Assembly: GCA_965242865.1 (NCBI GenBank)
Contig: CBDETK010000013.1
Span: 2,848,001-2,912,000 of the forward strand
DNA length: 64,000 nt
Reading direction: 5' to 3'
Source of the DNA: Candidatus Latescibacterota bacterium
Lineage (GTDB): Bacteria; Latescibacterota; UBA2968; UBA8231
Positions 56,841 to 64,000 of this stretch are shown in pieces. A program made the translations under genes and the position numbers. The notes beneath the pieces were generated by a model. The model was not told the DNA's origin. It ran no database searches and worked only from the letters and a program-made list of their open reading frames with translations. Each line of letters starts with the position of its first letter. The stretch's first letter is position 1.

Positions 56841-59006
56841 TTAGTACACCAACTCGACGACGCGGACCGCGCTTTCGCCGCCCGCATCGCTAGCCAACGT
56901 CACGCGCACCAAGTAAATGCCCGGCGGTAGCGCGGCCCCATTTCCATCGGCCCCGTCCCAAGGCATGGCGTACGAACCGCCGCCTTGGCGACCGGAGAAT
57001 AGCCGGCGCACCCGGCGGCCGGCCAAATCGACGATTTCTACGTCCACCGGGGCCGGGCTGACCAACCGGCTCAGATCGTAATGCACGTGCGTTGCGTCGT
57101 TGATGCCATCGCCGTTGGGGCTAAAGGGCCGAGGTTCGGAGCGCACGTTGATCAGCAGGGGGCTGCTGCCAGCCAGCGGCACATCGACCGAAAGGCCCCG
57201 GTTCGTGGCCGAGCCAACAGCCACTCGATCTTCATCGCCCGGGGCCAACGCAGCCACGTTGCCGGCGACGACCTCCTGCCCCACGTCGCCCTCGGCGCTG
57301 TTGAAGGCAAAACCGGCGAACTTGGTGCCGTAGCGCAACACGCGGCTGCGAAAGCGAATTTTGAGCTGGGCCGTCTGCCCGGTCGCCAACTCGCTTTCGG
57401 CAATGAGGGGAAAGCGCACGCGAAAGCGACGTGCTGAGATCGACTCAATGGCAAAGCGTCCGCTCGCGTCGGTCGCTGGCAGCACCGCGAGGTCAGCCCC
57501 TGAAAAGTCCGCGGCCTCGACCCGCCCATCGGCCTCGACGACTTCGACGGACTCAATGGCCTCGACCCGCACCGGCGTGGCGATCTCAAACCCGTCAAAG
57601 CCCGTATCTATGCCGGGCCGAATGGAAGTCGGCATCACCGCATAGACGAAATCCACTGGCTCGCCCAACTCGACCTGCCGCGGAAAAATTTCTCCGAGAA
57701 TCTGCGCGGCCGGCGGCGGCGTTGCCACGGTGAAGGCCAGCGGGCCGATGCCGGTGGCCGCCTCCAAGTCCTCGCTGAGAAAGTCGATGCGGAACTGGAT
57801 GTACCGCCTAGGTCCCAGCGAGACAATCGGTACGCCCAATTGGCTGTCCTCGATTTCTGTCTCGGTCAACAGGGCCCCCAATTCGTAGGGCGAGGACCAC
57901 GGGCTCCAAGCGTCTAGGTCGGCCACCACATTGCCCCGCTCGGCCCCCAAGCCCTTGTAGTCGTCCAGCGACAGGGAGAGGGCGTTGCGCTCGGCTAGCG
58001 GCAGGGCCCCAAAGAGCGCCCGCGCTCGCTCCAGCTCGACGCGGTCGAGCTGGAGCTCGCCGCCCTCGGTCTCAACCGCGGCATTCTTTTTCCACGGCAC
58101 CTCGACTTGGGTCCCTTCAAAAAAGAAGCGGCGGGTATAGACTAAGGGACTGTCGTCCAAGCCCGTGCGGGTGCGGACGCGCACACTCGAAAAACCAGCC
58201 GGGCCGACGCTTTCCTCTACCCAGCGAATGGTCCCCCACAAGCCCAAATCTGGGCCGAGGTCGAATATGTTGGATAGGTATTCGGCCGTGGGCACGAAGC
58301 CGGTGCCAAAGACGCGGAACTCGGCGATTTCAAAACCGCTGCTGGTGCGCGACTGCAAGCGAATGAAGCGCACAAATTGAGGGGGAATGCTCAGGTTGAC
58401 CAGCGCGTCTTGGTTGGCCGCATCCAACCGAACCGAGCGCCATTCCGGGCCGCCGGCACCTTGGGTCTCCTCGCTGCCATCGTTGAAAAACAGCTCGTAG
58501 CCGCGGATGAAGTCCTCTTGAAAAGGCGCGGCCGGAAACTCTGGGTGGCCATTGCGCGGGAAAAACTGGACGCGCTGGACCCCAAAGCGCGCGCCGAGGT
58601 CAAAGTCCATGGCCATGCCGCGAATGACGGCCACGTTCTTGCGCTCCAAGGCCGTTTCCCCGTCGCCGTCAATCATCGTCGCGAGCTGCTGCTCAATGCC
58701 CGCTTCGAGCACCGTCGGCGAGGAGACCGAGCCGCCGCGCCCGAGGATGCCGAGGGCTAGGTTGGTGCCTTCGACGACGTTCTGCGGAAAAATCCAACCC
58801 ACCCGTCCCGCGGGGTCAAAGTCGATCACCCCGCCCGGGGTGTTGCCGCGCTCAACGTCTCGGGCCCCGGTCGGAAAGATCGCCTGGATCTGGCCGCCGC
58901 CGTCTTGCCAAGACGAGCCGCTCGCGCCGCCGATGGCAATGCTCCGCGTCTCGGCCCTGCCTTGCAGGGCCGCTAGCAACAGCAGCGCGATCGACAACCC
59001 GTACAT
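56841..59006 (-). CDS. Secreted protein with discoidin-like domain and C-terminal FlgD-Ig/CHU_C-like domain (paralog C)
   Basis: ATG 59006 with signal peptide. DGD..T...FDLG, FSPNGDGIND, DLAGR.VR, WDG and PPGIY. Ends VELVY. Confidence 0.7.
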   Translation of the reverse strand: MYGLSIALLLLAALQGRAETRSIAIGGASGSSWQDGGGQIQAIFPTGARDVERGNTPGGVIDFDPAGRVGWIFPQNVVEGTNLALGILGRGGSVSSPTVLEAGIEQQLATMIDGDGETALERKNVAVIRGMAMDFDLGARFGVQRVQFFPRNGHPEFPAAPFQEDFIRGYELFFNDGSEETQGAGGPEWRSVRLDAANQDALVNLSIPPQFVRFIRLQSRTSSGFEIAEFRVFGTGFVPTAEYLSNIFDLGPDLGLWGTIRWVEESVGPAGFSSVRVRTRTGLDDSPLVYTRRFFFEGTQVEVPWKKNAAVETEGGELQLDRVELERARALFGALPLAERNALSLSLDDYKGLGAERGNVVADLDAWSPWSSPYELGALLTETEIEDSQLGVPIVSLGPRRYIQFRIDFLSEDLEAATGIGPLAFTVATPPPAAQILGEIFPRQVELGEPVDFVYAVMPTSIRPGIDTGFDGFEIATPVRVEAIESVEVVEADGRVEAADFSGADLAVLPATDASGRFAIESISARRFRVRFPLIAESELATGQTAQLKIRFRSRVLRYGTKFAGFAFNSAEGDVGQEVVAGNVAALAPGDEDRVAVGSATNRGLSVDVPLAGSSPLLINVRSEPRPFSPNGDGINDATHVHYDLSRLVSPAPVDVEIVDLAGRRVRRLFSGRQGGGSYAMPWDGADGNGAALPPGIYLVRVTLASDAGGESAVRVVELVY

Positions 59007-59017
59007 CGCAACCCCCC

Positions 59018-61510
59018 TCAATACGCCACGTGAACGAGGCGGTACCTCGCAGTGCGGTCCACGCGGGAGTCGTCGTTGGGCACCACGCCCACTTCTAACA
59101 GGTACAAGCCGGGGGCGACCAGCGCGCCGGCTTGGTCCTCGCACGACCAGCGCAGGGCGTACTCGCCGCTGACTAAGGGGCGCGTCTCCCGCCAGTGCCG
59201 AATCAGGCGGCCCGCTAGATCGTAAATCCGCACGTGGAGCGGCTGAGTGCCGGTCAGCTTGGTGACCGCGAATGAGAACGCCAGCTCGTCGTTGATCCCA
59301 TCGCCATTCGGCGTTGCGATCGCACGGCCCACGCTCAGATCGCCCAGCACGTGGCGCCCGCCTTTGGGGCCGACCAACAGCATCCCCTGCCCGGGCGTCA
59401 ACTCTGTTGCATCCGCTGGATCGACCCGCTGCCAAGAATTTTCAAGAGCCGAATGGCCCAACGACGCCTTGAACACGGCCCCGGGCAGGTAGAGGGCGGT
59501 GGCGAATTGCACCTCTAGCAGATCGGCTGCGGACGGGCCGATGACCTCGTTTAGGCGCACCCACAACGTGTCGGGCGCGGTTGCCACGACTTCGGCCGAG
59601 GTCGCTGGTTCCGCGTGTTCCCATTGAGCTTCGCGCCCCAGTCGCAGGCCGCCAAACTCCAAGGCCATGTTGTCCGGTGCCCTGATCTGCACTTGGTCAA
59701 ACCCCATGCTCTGGGGCGCGAAACTCGGTTTGATGAACAGCGAAAGCTCCTGCTGCTCGCCCAACTTGCCGACGACGCTGGGGGCGATCTCACCCAAAAG
59801 CCGGCGGGCCAGCGGCTCGACGAAGTGGAGCCGAATGGAGCGCAGCACAGCGGCGCGGTGGGGGTCATCCGAAAGCAAGCGGGCCTTGAGCAGCAGAAAT
59901 TGGCGCGGGCTCGGCGAAGTGATCGCCGCCCCGGACGCCTCGTAGGGCAAGCTCCACGCGCTCCAGTCGGCGCCGGGGGCTTCCGTCGTGTCAATCCGCC
60001 CTTTGCTGAAAAAGCCCAAGCCGGCGTAGGCCTCGGCCGAAACCTCGCCCCCGCCGCTGTTGAAATAGCGGTACTCTTCGACCAACTCGTTGCCGGTGCG
60101 CGTCTGAATTTCGATAAAGGTCCCCCGGGCGGCGTCGCCATCCCAGTCAATCGAGACCAAGTTTTTCGAGCCGCCCAAGCGAATGAGCGGCGAAACCAAC
60201 TCGACCTCCGGCTGAAAGCCCTCGCCGTAGAACTGCACCTCGCGCGGCTTGAACTGCCCCCCTCCCCAGAACAAAATCCGCGCAAAGCGCGTGTGCGCCG
60301 GCGCGAACGTATCCACGTCGTACACGTCTCCGGTAAAGTGGCCCGAAGTGGCGCGATTGCGCCGCGCCACCTGCGTCGTCCACACCAGCGAGCCGTCCGC
60401 GGCCAGCGAGCCATCCGAGGTCTGTAGATCGTAATTGGGGAAGCGGCTGCGCTGGCGATCGTAGTAAATCTGCTGCCGATCGATCCAGAAGGAAGAGCCT
60501 AAGTCGAAGAATAACTCCCGCACCTCGTCGGTGCTGGTAAAGGCCAAGGAGGTCTCAAACAGGCCATCGAAGAAGACCGTCGCCGGGGCGTTGTCCAAGA
60601 AGGTGAGCAGCGCGACGCCTTTGCGCTCGGCCAATCCGAGCGAGATGTTTTCCCCGAGCGTCTGAACCTCTAATTCGGCCAGTCGGGGCCGCTCGCGGCG
60701 GTAGCGGCGGATCGCACCGCGCAACGCGGGATCGACCACCTCGTACGTGGCCTCGCTGACCTGCACTTGGCCGGCGCCGGCCTTTTTGTAAAAATCCACC
60801 GCGCCCCGATCCACGGCCGCTAGCTGGTCGTATTGTTCGGCCGCCACCTCTGCTGCGCGCGTACTATCCGTGTCGGTGATCGTCACGCGCACGAAGCGGA
60901 TGTAGTCGCTCTCCATGCGCCCTTCTCGGTCAAAGCGCGTGGGGTGTAGCTCAATGGCAAATTCTCGTTGGTCCTTGTTCGACTTCAAGGTGCGAAAGAC
61001 CGGGTTGAATCGGCGCTGACCTTTTGTTACCTCGCGTCCGTCCGAGGTCAAAACCGCGAATTGCAGAAAGGGATCGCCCAGCTCCGCGCCGACGAATTTG
61101 AGCCGGATGTGGGTGGCCGCTACCAGCCGTCCCAAATCGACCTCAAACCACCACTGGCGCACTGGGCTGGCCGGGTCGGGCTCCCAATAGGTGCTCAAGT
61201 CCCCGTCGAAAAGACGAGCTAGGTCCGCGGCCCGAGTGCCCGCGCTGAGGGCATCGAGCAGGGTTGCGTCCTCCGAGCCTTTGCCGCGCTTGATAAACGC
61301 CGCAATGTCTGACGTGGCCAGTGTGTTCTTGGCCACGAAGTGGGGACGCACGGCCCCGGTTTCGTCTAGATCGAGCGCACCGGCGGGAAAAGTCCACTGC
61401 TGCCAGTGGGTCGGCCGATCGACGACGACCTCGTTCCCGGCGATGGTATGGCCCTGTCCCCAAGCGGCGACCACGCCCCAGATGCTCAGCAACCACGCAG
61501 CATTCAACAA
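59018..61510 (-). CDS. Secreted protein with two discoidin-like domains and FlgD-Ig/CHU_C-like tail (paralog D)
   Basis: TTG start with AGGAG RBS. FDGD.STYW...FEVDLG, a second FDG...T..FFDLG, TPNGDGIND, IYDLAGR and PGLY. Ends VHVAY. Confidence 0.7.
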   Translation of the reverse strand: MLNAAWLLSIWGVVAAWGQGHTIAGNEVVVDRPTHWQQWTFPAGALDLDETGAVRPHFVAKNTLATSDIAAFIKRGKGSEDATLLDALSAGTRAADLARLFDGDLSTYWEPDPASPVRQWWFEVDLGRLVAATHIRLKFVGAELGDPFLQFAVLTSDGREVTKGQRRFNPVFRTLKSNKDQREFAIELHPTRFDREGRMESDYIRFVRVTITDTDSTRAAEVAAEQYDQLAAVDRGAVDFYKKAGAGQVQVSEATYEVVDPALRGAIRRYRRERPRLAELEVQTLGENISLGLAERKGVALLTFLDNAPATVFFDGLFETSLAFTSTDEVRELFFDLGSSFWIDRQQIYYDRQRSRFPNYDLQTSDGSLAADGSLVWTTQVARRNRATSGHFTGDVYDVDTFAPAHTRFARILFWGGGQFKPREVQFYGEGFQPEVELVSPLIRLGGSKNLVSIDWDGDAARGTFIEIQTRTGNELVEEYRYFNSGGGEVSAEAYAGLGFFSKGRIDTTEAPGADWSAWSLPYEASGAAITSPSPRQFLLLKARLLSDDPHRAAVLRSIRLHFVEPLARRLLGEIAPSVVGKLGEQQELSLFIKPSFAPQSMGFDQVQIRAPDNMALEFGGLRLGREAQWEHAEPATSAEVVATAPDTLWVRLNEVIGPSAADLLEVQFATALYLPGAVFKASLGHSALENSWQRVDPADATELTPGQGMLLVGPKGGRHVLGDLSVGRAIATPNGDGINDELAFSFAVTKLTGTQPLHVRIYDLAGRLIRHWRETRPLVSGEYALRWSCEDQAGALVAPGLYLLEVGVVPNDDSRVDRTARYRLVHVAY

Positions 61511-61522
61511 GGCTCCTACTCC

Positions 61523-63478
61523 TCAATAGGCGACGGCAACGGGCCGGATCCGCACTTGGCGTTTCCCGCCGCTTTCGACCTCGACTTGGCAGAGGTACAG
61601 CCCCGGTGCCACGGGCTGGCCGGATTCGTCGCGCCCGTCCCAGCGGCGCGAGTGCCGTCCTGCGCCATCGGCCCCGGCATGCACACGCCGCACCAAGTGA
61701 CCGCTCAAATCCCGCACCAGCACCTGCACGGGCACTGGCTCGGTCACTTTGAGCAACTCGTAGGCGATCTCCAGTCGATCGTTGATTTGGTCGCCGTTGG
61801 GGGTAAAGGCCGCGGTGCTCAGCGACACGGCCCCTAAGACCGCATCGTCTAGGGTCATGGCCTGAACCGAAAGCTGGTTGCCGTCCACGAGCTCGTTGGC
61901 CTCGCCCGCGGCCACGAGCTGGCCGATCTCGGCTGGCTTGGTGCTGTCGAGCACCCGGCCTTCAAAAATGGCGCCAAAGCGAAAAATTTCAGCGCGCACA
62001 TCCACTTCGAGCAGCTCGCGGCTGCGGGCGACATCGAGCCGCGGGAAGCCCAAGACTACGCCGGCATCCTCCGCTGCGGCACTGAAATCCGCCACCGGGA
62101 CGCCGCTGAGGCGCACGGCCTCCACGCCGGCGATCCGGCCGCCGACCAAGCGCAGGTCCAAACCGTCAAACCCTTGGTCGCCCGGTTCAATCGTCGGGCG
62201 CAAGGCATAGGTGAATGTGCGTTCCTCCGCCACGGCCGCCCGCCAAGGATTGACCTCGCCCACCAAGCCGGTCACCAAGCGCGGGGAAACGGCGAATTCG
62301 AGATAGTCGAGCTGACCGCCCGCTTGGCCGAAAGACTTGAATTCGATCCCGAGCTGCACGTAGCGGTGCGAGCGCGTCGCCCGCAGGGCCACGCCCGCGC
62401 TGTCGGCAAATTCGTACGGCGATGACCACAGTTCCCATTGAGCGGTGTCATCGGTGATGGCGCCGCGCGCGATCGGCCCCAAGCGGCCGTAGCTTTTGCG
62501 GGTCAGCAGCTTGCCGTCCTCGCCAAAGGGCACCTGCTCGTCGCCGCGGAAGGTCTTGCGCCAGTACACGAGCGGGGTCTCGTCGGCCCCCGCGCGCGAG
62601 CGAATATCCACGTGCGCCCCTTCGTCCTGCCGCCCTTGCCAGCGCACCCAGCCCAAATTGGCGAATTCGCCTAGGTCGAGAACATTGGACTGGTACGAGG
62701 CCGAGCCTTGGAAACCGCCGCCGTACACCTCCAACTCGGCCAAGTCCCATATCTCGTCTTGCGGCATCACGTGGATCATCAAATAGCGGATGGGCGTTCC
62801 GTCTAGCTCAATGTCGAGTTGTGGGTTTTTGTTTTCGCGAATTTCCGCGACCACCTGCAGCTCAATGCCCTTTTTTTCGTCGGCCTCTCCCAGCGAGCGG
62901 CTCAGCGCGCTCGCGCCGACGAATTCAATCTCGTCAATGCCGCCCCCGGCCTCGGTCTGCGCGGCAACGATGACGTGGGCCACCGAGCGCTCGCTTGCCA
63001 CCTGTGGGACGAAGCGGATCAACCGCGTCGCAAAATCGCCGCCGAGATCAAAGAAAAAGGCCGTGCCGCGGAAGGTATGGGCGTGTTCCCTGGGCCGGGT
63101 CTCCAAAAAAAACGTCGTCGGGTCTCCGTCGGTCACCACGCGCAGCTCGTCGCCGACATCTTCAAAGCCATTGTACGCGCCGTGCTGGAAGTTGCCGCCG
63201 ACCCCGCTCAAGCTGGTCGCCATATTATCGCGCTCGTGGTAAAAAAACGGCGTGATCTGTTCGCGGAGGGCAAGCCCAAAGCTCTCGCCGCCCAAGTTCC
63301 GGTCTAAGTCAGCCCAACTCAACTGGCGGAACTCGGCGCCGGCCTCCACCTCAACCGGAGGCGGCAGACTCTCGCCGCCGATGCGATAGACGACCAAGGC
63401 CGAGGTCGCGCTTGGCTGGCCGCCGAGCACGGCCAACAGGGCCGCGATGAGCCGCGTGGTGCGCTGCACTGTTTTCAC
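61523..63478 (-). CDS. Secreted protein with discoidin-like domain and FlgD-Ig/CHU_C-like tail (paralog E)
   Basis: GTG start with GGAGG RBS and signal peptide. DGDPTT..FFDLG, FTPNGDQIND and WDGRD..G..V.PGLY. Ends VAVAY. Confidence 0.7.
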   Translation of the reverse strand: MKTVQRTTRLIAALLAVLGGQPSATSALVVYRIGGESLPPPVEVEAGAEFRQLSWADLDRNLGGESFGLALREQITPFFYHERDNMATSLSGVGGNFQHGAYNGFEDVGDELRVVTDGDPTTFFLETRPREHAHTFRGTAFFFDLGGDFATRLIRFVPQVASERSVAHVIVAAQTEAGGGIDEIEFVGASALSRSLGEADEKKGIELQVVAEIRENKNPQLDIELDGTPIRYLMIHVMPQDEIWDLAELEVYGGGFQGSASYQSNVLDLGEFANLGWVRWQGRQDEGAHVDIRSRAGADETPLVYWRKTFRGDEQVPFGEDGKLLTRKSYGRLGPIARGAITDDTAQWELWSSPYEFADSAGVALRATRSHRYVQLGIEFKSFGQAGGQLDYLEFAVSPRLVTGLVGEVNPWRAAVAEERTFTYALRPTIEPGDQGFDGLDLRLVGGRIAGVEAVRLSGVPVADFSAAAEDAGVVLGFPRLDVARSRELLEVDVRAEIFRFGAIFEGRVLDSTKPAEIGQLVAAGEANELVDGNQLSVQAMTLDDAVLGAVSLSTAAFTPNGDQINDRLEIAYELLKVTEPVPVQVLVRDLSGHLVRRVHAGADGAGRHSRRWDGRDESGQPVAPGLYLCQVEVESGGKRQVRIRPVAVAY

Positions 63479-63490
63479 GGTAGCACCTCC

Positions 63491-63525
63491 AAGAAGAAGG
63501 GGGAATGGAACCAGCCCATCCCCCC
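63491..63525 (-). terminator. Intra-operon stem-loop with pyrimidine tail
   Basis: Minus strand GGGGGGAUGG-gcugguu-CCAUUCCCCC-UUCUUCUU, between the first gene and paralog E. Confidence 0.6.
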
Positions 63526-63554
63526 TCGTCCTTGCATCTTGCGAGCCGGCCCGC

Positions 63555-64000
63555 TTACTGGACGTAAGCAGACTTGATGCGGCCCCAGCTGTTCTCCTCG
63601 ACCGCACTCTCAATCGCCCCGAAATCGACGCGCGGATCAACGGGGGCCAGCAAGAAATCCGTGGCCGAAGCCGTGGTTTTCCACACATCGCTGGCCCCGG
63701 AGAGAGACCACTGGCCAGAGTGCTCGGCGTCTTGGCCCACGCCGCCGTCGGCACCGGCTACGTCGCTGTCGAAGACCGCCCAGCCCAAGCCGGTGATGTC
63801 GCCCTCGTTGTAGTCGTGGATGACGCTGCCTTCTGGGTCGTTAAAGAGAAAATCATCCCAGGCTTGACGCCGCACCTCGATAAAGGCCGTGGCCTCACCG
63901 CTGCCAATCTCGCCGTCCAAGCGGAAGCCGTGGTCGGCGTAGGGCTGTTCGTCGTGCCACTGCGCTTGGGTCATCCAAAACCACGACCAACTCTCTTGGC
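63555..64000 (-). CDS. C-terminal part of a probably secreted protein (possibly CBM9/DOMON-like) ending SAVEENSWGRIKSAY
   Basis: The frame runs off the window. E......WD and GD..GL.W...D.D pattern, with a terminal AVE..SWGRIK motif. Confidence 0.55.
   Translation of the reverse strand, partial: QESWSWFWMTQAQWHDEQPYADHGFRLDGEIGSGEATAFIEVRRQAWDDFLFNDPEGSVIHDYNEGDITGLGWAVFDSDVAGADGGVGQDAEHSGQWSLSGASDVWKTTASATDFLLAPVDPRVDFGAIESAVEENSWGRIKSAYVQ

Noticed and set aside
56841-63478. Flagellar hook-cap (FlgD) genes
   Set aside because: Only the C-terminal Ig-like domain resembles FlgD. The proteins have Sec signal peptides and no flagellar genes are present.

Overview
A GC-rich (~60-65% by eye) chromosomal window from a diderm bacterium. 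The gene content (several PhyH dioxygenases, FlgD/CHU_C-tailed secreted proteins, a protein ending in a WGRIK tail) suggests an FCB-group candidate phylum such as Latescibacterota, possibly host- or sponge-associated; this is inference only. Left to right: (1) the 3' part of a type III RM Res gene; (2) an ANKH-like membrane protein and a ThDP enzyme; (3) an AT-rich ATPase/putative nuclease pair hit by two IS5-family elements with intact TIRs and TWA target duplications; (4) a Bacteroidota-style TBDR-DUF4374-PepSY (XusABC-like) iron-uptake operon; (5) an acyltransferase and a second ATPase + PD-(D/E)xK-like pair; (6) an EndoQ-UvrD fusion ending in a beta-clamp motif, followed by metabolic genes; (7) rmlA, oadGBA, a PIN TA pair, birA and phoX; (8) a defence islet (Cas2/VapD-like small protein + 2TM protein, then res - membrane protein - mod); (9) recQ, oxidoreductases and an AbiE remnant; (10) a tightly packed minus-strand envelope operon of >14 kb. 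That operon encodes a WGRIK-tailed protein, a stem-loop, three paralogous discoidin/FlgD-CHU_C-tailed proteins, two paralogous ~100 kDa Asp/Asn-loop beta-barrel-like proteins and a SurA-like lipoprotein, and is the best candidate for an undescribed system. Two mutational signatures are also visible by eye: decay of CCWGG sites and A:T>C:G changes in the transposases. No rRNA, tRNA or CRISPR array was recognised. All family assignments come from remembered motifs, not from database searches.
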